Below, piece by piece: positions 55,501-64,000 of a DNA stretch of 64,000 bases; positions within the stretch are counted from its first letter, which is position 1, and each line of letters opens with the position of its first letter. The translations under genes and the position numbers were made by a program. A model generated the notes under the pieces. The model made no database searches. It saw only the letters and a program-made list of their open reading frames with translations, and was not told the DNA's origin. Source of the DNA: an uncultured virus (IMG/VR IMGVR_UViG_3300005917_000001) (taxonomy: Duplodnaviria > Heunggongvirae > Uroviricota > Caudoviricetes); IMG/VR virus record IMGVR_UViG_3300005917_000001; one strand, 5' to 3'.

Positions 55501-56252
55501 CCCGTAGCCCTATTTCCAAGATCCCGATCTATTAAAGCTATAATATTTAAAATCGATATCAACACCTTATGGGGAAAAGTAGACTTAAACCTTTCAAAAA
55601 TCCCACGGCCTCCATAATAGTACCGGGGGCTGGGACTCCGATCCCCCGGTTTCGCGTTTTCCGTTTTTTCCCCACCCACACGCACGCACTCGCGATCAAC
55701 ACACAACACACAACGCCGACCCAGATCCGCCACCCCCAGGCCCCGCAGCAGCCCGCAAAAACCCGCTATCTTTTCGCCGCCTGACGGTAAAACAATATCA
55801 GTCAAAATCCAATCAAAAACAAAAAAGCACATAGAAAGCCTATAACTATCTGATTCACTTAAACAATGTCCTATATCCCAATCCCCCAACTTTTCCGAAT
55901 TAGTTGGGGAGTTATCAACTGGGAGCAGGCCCCACTCCACGCCCTCCAGGAGCCCTTAGTGTGGCCAACCTGCCGACCATCGAACCCGGAAGACCCACCA
56001 TCGTCACCCCCGTTTATCACCCTAAATCACCCCAAAAACCGGAAAACGCCTCAAAAAAACCCGATCGCCCCCACCCGTTCCATCTTTTTAACCCACTTCC
56101 CCTTCACCAACACCCTACACGCCTCACTTGTTAAATATGCCGTAGATAACCCCAGACCTATTTCTTTTTAATTGGTGGCTATTTTTTGTGATCTCTCCCT
56201 GATGTTTTCAAAACCCTTTTCAATAAAGAGGGCTACGGGAAAACAAAAAAAA

Positions 56253-59117
56253 TTACAACCCAATTATGCCCCATGGGACCAACACCCCCCGGAGAGGTGA
56301 GCCGCCCAGTCGCAACTGTTTAGCCTTGGCCCCGGCAATCCTCAATAGCATATCTCTAATGTTGAGCCCTTGCCATTGGGTCCGCGCCAACAACGCCTTT
56401 ACGACTGTATCAGGGTGTAGGAATAGGCCTTTGTCGCCGTCTTTAACGGCCTTCACACCGTTTGCTTCCAGGACTTTCTTCGACTCCTCGGTCATCTGCT
56501 CCTTACTTACGAGCTGGGACACAGTCCGAGTTACGTAGAGCGTTTTGGATGATTCGTAGCCATCTGACCTCAACTCACCGTCCACCTCCTCCGGTAACCG
56601 CACCTGGGCCATCATAATATCCTCTACCAACTTCGCCTCATCCTCCAGCGTCCCACCTTCGAACCGCTCCCGCCATTCCGTTAAGTAGTCAGCCAACAGC
56701 CTCGTTATTTGCTCCCCTGGTTGATCAAACGATACTGCAGCCATGCTGAACGCGACAGATAAGGACTCCACAAACCTTGGATCATTATCCCCGATCTTAC
56801 CTATATTAGCCACCAGCCCCCTTGCCTGAAACGAGGCCCAGAGGACATATACAACAATCCTGATCCGGATCTTTTCAGCCTCCGAACTACTCGGAAACTT
56901 CGGTTGACAAGTAGATAATTTTTTCGTTTCGATGGCCAGGTATCTACTGTTTTCCGCAGCGCGATACAATCCACGTTCAACACTGCCCAAAAACACCATA
57001 TGTTTCAATGTGGCCGCCACTGCTTTCTGCCCGGAAGACCCCTTTCGGGTAATGCCCCCACGGCCGGCAGATCTTATGAAGTAGATAATTTTATCTCTAT
57101 GTTCGCTTTTCTCTATTTCGTCGATTGCCACCAGGACCGAGTCACATCCGATACTCTGTCGCAGGCCCGGCTCAGTCAATGTCTGCCCCTCACACGGCAG
57201 AGCCAGCCGTCCGCCCAATATAGTCATGAGTTCTTTCATGATTGATTTCCCGCTGCCTGACGTGCCGGTCAACCACAGGTGCGGCCGCCACGCCCATATA
57301 GACTGCACCCATTGGGCCAGATACCAGCCCACCAGCAGCCACACATCCAGCTTACCCGAGAGTCCCCACTGGAAAAATATATTCAATAGTTCTTCCAGGA
57401 TACTGTTCGCCGCGGCCCTGTCCATTTTTTTTAATAACTTTAGCACCTCCGGCATACTTACCCAATCATACCCTTGGCGCCAGTCTATCAGGCGCCCTTC
57501 GATCACAGGGTGTTCCCACTCCACCAGGTCTTTACCATCCCATAGCCATGCTTTACCGCCCACAACCAGCAAGATCCGATCGCCCAGGTTATGTAATCCC
57601 TGGCCTAAATATTCCGGATCCCATAACTGCCGCTTCCCGGCCTGCACGATAAGTCTTTTCTTGACGCCGGAAAACAACACCTGGCCGCCACTCATTGTCT
57701 GGGATGATCGCGCCACCTTAGCCGCTACCTCAATCCCCCCGATTTGCGTCAGTTTATCTAAATTCAGATCTTTCAACGCCACCGCATACAACCGCTCATT
57801 AACCCGCGACCAGAACAGCAGCCGTTCGTCTTTCAGCTCGCCCAGGACCTCGAAACTCTTAAATTGATACGCCTCGGGCGGTGTGCGTGACATAGGCACC
57901 GAGCCCGCCTTTGTACCCCTATTTGGATCAGGTTCAGGAATCGGTTTAGTGATCTTTTCCGCCTCATCCTTCAACCGCGCCAGTTCCGCCTTCGGATCCT
58001 TAGCCGCCCGCAATATATCGTCAATGTCCACCTTAGTGCCGGGCTGATCAGGCTCGATCCGGATTACCCGCACATCACCGCCCCCGGCCAATAACGTATT
58101 TGCGTACTGCCGCGTATATCGCGCCCCGGCACCCTCAGCCGACTTAGGTGGCGCAGGGTCATTATCGAATGCCAGGTACCATATCCGGCCTTTGGCAATA
58201 GCCTTCAGCCGCTCCAGGATCGCAGGCTCGTTGTATGACGCAATTGTGGCTATGGCGTGTTCATATCGTCCCAGGTCCATCACCGTGATCCGGTCGTTTT
58301 CTCCTTCCGTTATAATCACCGGCTCGTCCTGCTCTAATGCGTCCTGGCCATAACAGAGCCATCCCTCCGGGGCGCACTCCTTTTTTAACTGCCACTTTTT
58401 TTTCTTTTCAGGATCCTTTAACGAAAAAAACAGGATGTTGTCACCGCTGAAATGGGGATATACTGTAATTCCCGCATTCACCACAGACCTGAACCCTGTG
58501 TTTTTTTGCTCTCTCACCAGGCCGACAGCTATCAATTCCGCGACGGTCACATCCTGCCCCCTGCAATGTCCAATCAGGCCGCCGCCGCCCAGGCCTATCT
58601 TAAAGCGCTCCACGATCTCCCTGCTATGCTGCCGCACGTCCGTCTGGTACGCCAGCGCCGTCCTCGACGCCATTATTCGACCGTGGTAGTACTCCGCCGC
58701 GATCCGCCGGACCTCCAGTGCCCGGTCCGGATCTATCTCCGGCTTTGTCCCCGCATCAGGCGGCTCAACCTCCCCCTTTTCTTTCTCTTTCGGCCGCTTA
58801 GCCGTGCCGCCGCCGGTCTCATTATCGAGGACGGGGATCCCCCGCTTGCCTGCTATGGATTTCGCCGCCTCCAGCGGGCGCTCCATGTTGCGGTATTGCT
58901 GCTCAAACTCAATCACATCTCCCTTGGCCGAGCAGCTGAAGCATTTAAAAAACTGATCCTTTTCGTTAATCGTAAAGCAGTCGCTGTGACCGCAAAAAGG
59001 ACAGGGGCTGACTCTATACGACCCGCTTCCGGCCCGCTTCGCGTCAACCCCTGTCTCTGAACTAATATATGTTACGATGTTCACCAGGTCTTTTACCCGG
59101 TCGAATAATCCAGCCAT
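56253..59117 (-). CDS. Primase-helicase (CHC2 zinc finger, TOPRIM, P-loop)
   Basis: CPFC...FKCFSC, ITEGEND, AFDND, GTSGSGKS, IDEIE. Confidence 0.9.
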   Translation of the reverse strand: MAGLFDRVKDLVNIVTYISSETGVDAKRAGSGSYRVSPCPFCGHSDCFTINEKDQFFKCFSCSAKGDVIEFEQQYRNMERPLEAAKSIAGKRGIPVLDNETGGGTAKRPKEKEKGEVEPPDAGTKPEIDPDRALEVRRIAAEYYHGRIMASRTALAYQTDVRQHSREIVERFKIGLGGGGLIGHCRGQDVTVAELIAVGLVREQKNTGFRSVVNAGITVYPHFSGDNILFFSLKDPEKKKKWQLKKECAPEGWLCYGQDALEQDEPVIITEGENDRITVMDLGRYEHAIATIASYNEPAILERLKAIAKGRIWYLAFDNDPAPPKSAEGAGARYTRQYANTLLAGGGDVRVIRIEPDQPGTKVDIDDILRAAKDPKAELARLKDEAEKITKPIPEPDPNRGTKAGSVPMSRTPPEAYQFKSFEVLGELKDERLLFWSRVNERLYAVALKDLNLDKLTQIGGIEVAAKVARSSQTMSGGQVLFSGVKKRLIVQAGKRQLWDPEYLGQGLHNLGDRILLVVGGKAWLWDGKDLVEWEHPVIEGRLIDWRQGYDWVSMPEVLKLLKKMDRAAANSILEELLNIFFQWGLSGKLDVWLLVGWYLAQWVQSIWAWRPHLWLTGTSGSGKSIMKELMTILGGRLALPCEGQTLTEPGLRQSIGCDSVLVAIDEIEKSEHRDKIIYFIRSAGRGGITRKGSSGQKAVAATLKHMVFLGSVERGLYRAAENSRYLAIETKKLSTCQPKFPSSSEAEKIRIRIVVYVLWASFQARGLVANIGKIGDNDPRFVESLSVAFSMAAVSFDQPGEQITRLLADYLTEWRERFEGGTLEDEAKLVEDIMMAQVRLPEEVDGELRSDGYESSKTLYVTRTVSQLVSKEQMTEESKKVLEANGVKAVKDGDKGLFLHPDTVVKALLARTQWQGLNIRDMLLRIAGAKAKQLRLGGSPLRGVLVPWGIIGL

Positions 59118-59138
59118 CTCGCCCCGCCTCAGTATCCG

Positions 59139-59732
59139 CTATATTTCGTTTTCATATACATTCTTGATCTCTTCCGGCTGGATACACAGATACTCCAATG
59201 TCTGCGCTTGCGATGAATGATTAAAGCAGACCATGAGCCTGGGCAGGTCCACGCCAAACGTAACCCTCTGATGATACCCCCAGGTCTTCCGCAGTGTATG
59301 GCTCCCATAATTACCCTTCAGGTTAATCTCTCTGCACCAGGCCTTAACCATGTTATTCACGGTACTCACAGTCAAAGGCCCCCGCTGCCCGACAAACAGG
59401 TGGCCCTCGTCCTCGCCCGCATGCCCCTCCAGAAGACCGTTGATCGCCATCACGGCCGCACCGTTAAGATTAAACCGTCTCTTTTTACGGGTCTTCTTTT
59501 CTTTGATCTCAATTTCGTCATTGGGAGACAAGTGTCGCACTTGCCCCACTCGCAGGCTCAGTATATCCGATGCCCGCAGGTTGGTATTGACGCCCACTGT
59601 AAAGATCGCCAGGTCTCGCGGTCGATCTGCCAACATTTTTTTAATCAGACGCACATCTTTTAAATTTTTAATCGGATCCACCTTAATCGAATCACCTTTT
59701 TTCGGGTGATTACCATTGCCACCTTTTGCCAT
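59139..59732 (-). CDS. Compact tyrosine recombinase (catalytic domain only)
   Basis: NLRASDIL, KT.K, HTLRKT, NHSS...TLEYL. Confidence 0.9.
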   Translation of the reverse strand: MAKGGNGNHPKKGDSIKVDPIKNLKDVRLIKKMLADRPRDLAIFTVGVNTNLRASDILSLRVGQVRHLSPNDEIEIKEKKTRKKRRFNLNGAAVMAINGLLEGHAGEDEGHLFVGQRGPLTVSTVNNMVKAWCREINLKGNYGSHTLRKTWGYHQRVTFGVDLPRLMVCFNHSSQAQTLEYLCIQPEEIKNVYENEI

Positions 59733-59884
59733 GTTCCGCCACCCCCTTTTCTTCTCTATTTTACCGATTTCACATAATGAGCACATCTTTTCCGGTTTCT
59801 TTTTTTACAATTCGGACACGCCCCGACCGGTACCCATTGCCCCCTGGCCTCACAAAACACATATCCGCTCATCCCCACCCCTCC

Positions 59885-60376
59885 TTATCTTCCGTTCACC
59901 TCCGTTACGGGGATTGAATAGATCCGGATCCAGTCCCGAAACACATCATCCACCTGCGTCTGGAACGCCGGGTCCACATCCCGCTTGCCATCCTCTACCA
60001 GCCGCCCCTCCACCGGCCGCATCCAATACACGATATCATACCCCTCCATCCACCCCAAGGCCGCCGGCAGATAATCGTCAACCACTTCCTCTAACCCCGC
60101 CACATCGGCATACACCAGAGAATCCAGCACCGTCCGGTCACAAATGATATTATCCCCGGTAGCCGACGCCAGTAATTCCATCAGCATCTGTTTCAGCCAG
60201 ATCCACCTCTGCGCCTCCTCGCTCGTATCCCGGTTAATGGGCCACGGACACTCCCGCGCAATACCGCTGATCAGCATCATACTGCCATCTCTACATTCAT
60301 CCTTCGTCCGTTTAGCCATCTCCCTCGCAAACGTGCTCTTACCCGTCCCGTGCGTCCCCATAATGCCAAATTTCAT
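59885..60376 (-). CDS. AAA_28/NadR-like P-loop kinase/ATPase
   Basis: GTHGTGKST, ICDRTVLDSLVY, DGKR. Confidence 0.85.
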   Translation of the reverse strand: MKFGIMGTHGTGKSTFAREMAKRTKDECRDGSMMLISGIARECPWPINRDTSEEAQRWIWLKQMLMELLASATGDNIICDRTVLDSLVYADVAGLEEVVDDYLPAALGWMEGYDIVYWMRPVEGRLVEDGKRDVDPAFQTQVDDVFRDWIRIYSIPVTEVNGR

Positions 60377-60392
60377 ATCTACTTATCTCCCT

Positions 60393-60869
60393 CTATATTG
60401 TTATGTGTACTTGGTCGTCTTCAATCACACATCGAGCGTATTGAAACTTCTTGATTGACATAGGGTGGCCATGGGGGCTTATTAATGCTATCCCTGAAAT
60501 CTCAACCTGAGAATCCCGGGAGAATTCATACGCGGGCAGGTCTTGAAATAGCTCATCATATTTCATAAAGGTAATTCGTTCCCGTTCTTGCGTTTTCGAT
60601 ATCTCTTTTTCTTCTCGGATGATTTTTATGGCCGTTTTTTTTAGCACAAAAGGCCACGCCCACCTACAAAACCTGGATAATGCGTCGCGATGAATGACTA
60701 TGACAATAAATATAATTATCGTTGAACCCATACCCCAAACGCATAAAACTTCCGGAAAATTAAACATGCGTGCTATGACCGAGGTCAGCATAAAGACCAG
60801 CGCTAATGTCAAAATCCTCATTGCCCTATGCAACCTCTTCAGCGCTTTCATTAAGTCGTCCACATCCAC
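60393..60869 (-). CDS. Two-TM membrane protein
   Basis: Two hydrophobic helices; GTG start after GGAGG. Confidence 0.6.
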   Translation of the reverse strand: MDVDDLMKALKRLHRAMRILTLALVFMLTSVIARMFNFPEVLCVWGMGSTIIIFIVIVIHRDALSRFCRWAWPFVLKKTAIKIIREEKEISKTQERERITFMKYDELFQDLPAYEFSRDSQVEISGIALISPHGHPMSIKKFQYARCVIEDDQVHITI

Positions 60870-61047
60870 CCCTCCGTATCTTCCGGGCCAGCCATTCCGG
60901 GACCACCACGGCGCCCGGCAGATAGCCCAGTTCATCCTTTGGCAGCCACGCCAGCTTCTTGCCGCCCCGCAGTATCACATGGATCCCTTTATCCGTGATC
61001 TCCTCGATCCCGTCGATCTCCACCATAATACTGGGTCGCCGGTCCAT
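60826..61047 (-). CDS. Hypothetical phage protein
   Basis: TDKG...WLPK...VPEWLA motif. Confidence 0.7.
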   Translation of the reverse strand: MDRRPSIMVEIDGIEEITDKGIHVILRGGKKLAWLPKDELGYLPGAVVVPEWLARKIRRGGCGRLNESAEEVA

Positions 61048-61059
61048 CTCATCTCCGCC

Positions 61060-61227
61060 CTACTCATCAAAATTGAGCTCCACCAACCCCGCCTCCGCCA
61101 GATCCTCATTCTCCGCCCCGCACACAACATCCTCTACATCCCTTACCTGCCGGTCATGCCCATGGTAATAAAAATCTTCCGGGTCCCCGTCCATATAGCC
61201 GCCGCATTCGTGGACCACGTACCCCAT
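61060..61227 (-). CDS. 55-aa acidic protein (not in ORF track)
   Basis: ORF filling the gap, with GGAG RBS. Confidence 0.45.
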   Translation of the reverse strand: MGYVVHECGGYMDGDPEDFYYHGHDRQVRDVEDVVCGAENEDLAEAGLVELNFDE

Positions 61228-61239
61228 TACCCTATCTCC

Positions 61240-61554
61240 TTACGAGTAAATTTTCCCTGTGGTAGGATGCACCAAAACCACATCTTTATCATCCTCAGCC
61301 CGATACCTAACCGTCCGCCGCCGCCGCTTGACCACCTTCGGAGGATCGAACGGCACTTCGAGCAGTCCCTCCAACCACCGGTCCAGCACCCTCACATTAT
61401 ACAGCCGCAGCCGCCTGTTCCCACCATGGGGTAGATCCGAGGACCGATCTTCGAAACTGGTTCGGCTGATCCCGCAGTATGCCGCGGCCTCCGCGATCCG
61501 CAACCACGGAGATTTGATGATTTTTGCACCCTCATCGAAAACAACCTCACGCAT
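61240..61554 (-). CDS. Excisionase-like HTH protein
   Basis: PWLRIAEAAAYCGISRTSF...LDRWL. Confidence 0.75.
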   Translation of the reverse strand: MREVVFDEGAKIIKSPWLRIAEAAAYCGISRTSFEDRSSDLPHGGNRRLRLYNVRVLDRWLEGLLEVPFDPPKVVKRRRRTVRYRAEDDKDVVLVHPTTGKIYS

Positions 61555-61673
61555 ACCGTCGCTCCAGCAACCGGGCAACCGCCCGGCCATCCTTCTGCCG
61601 GAGGTGGCTCGAATGCCCCGTGTTCGGCCGCAGCCCGGCAAACACCGCCGCTTTCCGGGCCCCCCTCGCCTGT

Positions 61674-61922
61674 TTACTCTTCTGCACCTTGCCCATCTGC
61701 GCCTCCTGGGAAAAAATCACGGTTTGCAGACATAATCACAAACGGGTTACCATCCAATATCTCCGGATGGTATAGTGCCGTATAAGCAGCTTTGAAGGCT
61801 GCCGTGATCTCCTCGGACGTTGGATTCTTTTTCTGCCGCAGTCTGTCAAACGCCTTAACCGCCGCGACGATCTCATGCTCCCACAGTAGGATAACTTTCA
61901 GACTTGCACTGGCCGTTGGCAT
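61674..61922 (-). CDS. Hypothetical protein
   Basis: ORF with GGAGG RBS. Confidence 0.55.
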   Translation of the reverse strand: MPTASASLKVILLWEHEIVAAVKAFDRLRQKKNPTSEEITAAFKAAYTALYHPEILDGNPFVIMSANRDFFPGGADGQGAEE

Positions 61923-61995
61923 ACACCTTCCTCCCATTAATTAAACGAAACCCACAAGTAATACATCGGTGGAATAAACACCCACGTTCCCGAAT

Positions 61996-62289
61996 TCATC
62001 GCCTCTTCTCCACCGCCTTCAGACACGCAACCGTAAACACCTTACACCGCTGTCCATCCCTCTCGAACCACAGCGTCCCGTCCGGGTCCGACTCTGCGAA
62101 CCTGATCCCATGATACTCCAATGCGGCCTTAACGCGGTCGCTGGCAACGTACCCGGCGGGCTGGACATACTCATAGGCCCTTACTATTGCCATCATGTGC
62201 CACCAATACCCAAGCGCCACCCCGACAAGCAATATACCCAGGACCAGGATCAACCGTCTAAGGATCATCTTTTCTTTCACAGTCTCCAT
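61996..62289 (-). CDS. Membrane-anchored hypothetical protein
   Basis: N-terminal TM helix. Confidence 0.65.
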   Translation of the reverse strand: METVKEKMILRRLILVLGILLVGVALGYWWHMMAIVRAYEYVQPAGYVASDRVKAALEYHGIRFAESDPDGTLWFERDGQRCKVFTVACLKAVEKRR

Positions 62290-62292
62290 CTT

Positions 62293-62655
62293 TTATGCCT
62301 CTTCACTCTCAGCAATCTTCTTTAGGGCAAACCGTCTTGTCTCTTCCGGTGTTGCAAGAATGGGATCGCCACCACTAAAACCGGGGTGATATTCTTGAAC
62401 CTCCCACTTCACATAAAGTTCATCACCGGGTATTACATAGCGCCCACCAGAGTCAAAACGCTTTGCTGCAATAATTTTATTATTACTAATCAATGCAGTC
62501 CCATCAACTTTAATGTGCGGTTCTCGCTCGGACAGCCCTAACGGTATGTCTTTCCCTAACAACGGGTCAGGCGTGTCTATGATCGTTGCCACAGCAGCAA
62601 TAGGAGCCGCTGCGGCGGCCTTTAAACTGATACCTAAAAAATCACGTCTGTTCAT
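62293..62655 (-). CDS. Protein with Tat-like signal
   Basis: MNRRDFLG..LKAAAAA. Confidence 0.65.
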   Translation of the reverse strand: MNRRDFLGISLKAAAAAPIAAVATIIDTPDPLLGKDIPLGLSEREPHIKVDGTALISNNKIIAAKRFDSGGRYVIPGDELYVKWEVQEYHPGFSGGDPILATPEETRRFALKKIAESEEA

Positions 62656-62687
62656 AGCAACCCCTTCTTTTCCCAATCAACAATTTT

Positions 62688-62738
62688 ACCCCGTTAAATT
62701 TTCACGAAGTGAAACGGCGTAGCCGATTTAACCGGGGC
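62688..62738. repeat. Branched palindromic element
   Basis: ccccgttaaat...ttcacgaagtgaa...cggcgtagccg...atttaaccgggg. Confidence 0.55.
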
Positions 62739-62961
62739 ATCAATCTAAATAAAGCTCCCATTTTGGCCGTATCTGCCGGGGGAGGGAACGGACCCGCTCA
62801 AGCCTTAACAACATTAGGAGGTACGTCATGAAATCGGTTTAGTTTTTGAGTTGTAGATTACCCGTTTACACACCGGACAGACTGCCACCCACCCGTACCC
62901 ATACCTAATTGCTTTAATATTCTTTTTTCCGCAACACCCCATTTTTATCCCTCGCCCATCT

Positions 62962-63861
62962 TTACTTCAATTTCGGAATCAGGCTGTTTTTCCGATACGC
63001 CAAGCTGGTTTTTCGTTTCTCTCGGCACGCGTTCCATGCCAAGGAACATCGATATGCATATTCATGATTACTTGGATGGTGAACTCCACTATCAATTCTT
63101 GTCAAAAACTCTCTTAACTTCATTTCAGGCATGTCCCTTGACAGAAATTCTCCGTCTCTTACATGCCCCCAAAAGTCCTTCGCGTCGTTTTTATCGACCC
63201 TGAAGGTTCTTATCATTATTAGGGCTACCGCCTGCCGGTTCAGATGTAGGCACGCCCGTTTCCCTCCGATCAATACCGTATCCAAAAAATTGCCCTCTTT
63301 CAGATATTCCTGCAATAGGCGCACTCTTTGGTCTTTCGTGATATTTGATAAACTCCGCCTGGTGGCGGTCACCTTGCCAGGACTACCGGGGGGATTTATT
63401 CTAAGTGAGCCGTATCGATCTACCGTCGCAGCCTTTACCGTTAACGAAGCGATCCATTGCGGCCAGGGTATATCCAACGCATCTGCCTCGGCTTTCACCA
63501 TGTCCTCGATACTCCGGGGCAACTGTTCACATTGCCGGAATAGCTCTGACAATTCGCTTTTGCTTTTCACGGCAAACCGTAGCAAATTACAGGCAACAGT
63601 CACGCCCGAATCAATAACCGCATAACAGACGTGCTGACCGTCCATTATGATATCTACAGGCTTCCCATTAATCATAATTCTCGCAAATATTATCCTCCCA
63701 ACATGGAACAAACCGCTTTTCATTTTTTCCGCCAATTCTGCCACATGAAGACCCCGCACCTTCCGTTGAACTTTATACGTGTTAAACTTCAGGTAATGGC
63801 CTGACAAATCCGGATCTACAGCAACGCGTTTATCCTCTATGATTCTCTCCATTAGGTTCAT
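62962..63861 (-). CDS. ParB/DGQHR-like domain protein
   Basis: QRKVR..HV..LA..M..G.F and IMDGQHV. Confidence 0.7.
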   Translation of the reverse strand: MNLMERIIEDKRVAVDPDLSGHYLKFNTYKVQRKVRGLHVAELAEKMKSGLFHVGRIIFARIMINGKPVDIIMDGQHVCYAVIDSGVTVACNLLRFAVKSKSELSELFRQCEQLPRSIEDMVKAEADALDIPWPQWIASLTVKAATVDRYGSLRINPPGSPGKVTATRRSLSNITKDQRVRLLQEYLKEGNFLDTVLIGGKRACLHLNRQAVALIMIRTFRVDKNDAKDFWGHVRDGEFLSRDMPEMKLREFLTRIDSGVHHPSNHEYAYRCSLAWNACREKRKTSLAYRKNSLIPKLK

Positions 63862-64000
63862 ACCGCCACCCCCTCCTTTCTTTACTACTCGATTACAATC
63901 AAGCTCTTCGTTATTTCCACACATCTCAAGGCAGCCTCTCTTGAAGTAGTTTCCCAGCCGTTTATACGTGCGGTTCGTACTTCCGAGAAAAAAGCGTCAA

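Noticed and set aside
55365..55940. 191-aa ORF with poly-Asn
   Set aside because: Translation of iterons and a (TTA)n tract; no protein-like features
59139..59732. Integron integrase IntI
   Set aside because: Too short, with no visible IntI-specific insertion and no N-terminal domain
60385..60415. attC remnant CACATAAC at a gene end
   Set aside because: No palindrome or R' box follows
62800..62845. + strand RBS with ATG AAA TCG GTT TAG micro-ORF
   Set aside because: Four codons, antisense to the operon, no supporting evidence
6292..64000. Second DGR variable repeat
   Set aside because: None noticed by eye; an alignment of the TR against the whole genome is needed to exclude one

Overview
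The window is most of a temperate dsDNA phage genome, podovirus-like and probably from a Desulfobacterota-like host (host assignment is my inference). It appears in excised/circular form: an attP carrying the 3' half of tRNA-Ala(GGC) has phage genes on both sides. The + strand holds a repressor-like HTH gene and a tyrosine integrase. Nearly everything else is on the - strand: early/replication genes (about 47.6-64 kb), terminases, portal, scaffold, capsid, tail and injection proteins (including a 2396-aa polyvalent protein), a glycosyltransferase/methyltransferase cluster, and lysis genes. Six things stand out. (1) A diversity-generating retroelement has 13/13 adenine-specific TR/VR mismatches but no avd gene. 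(2) Two arrays of small genes are separated by canonical integron attC sites and headed by the same element, with no IntI in the window. (3) A covarying two-hairpin RNA motif (YUGAUC-loop hairpin plus terminator) occurs four times in the late operon. (4) Thirteen small CCTG-footed hairpins are inserted precisely into other repeats and, once, in frame into a gene. (5) Heptamer tandem arrays and CACAGAG-based palindromes sit at most late-gene junctions and often supply the RBS. (6) A c4-like structured leader precedes the antirepressor. All calls are from visual inspection; no searches were run.
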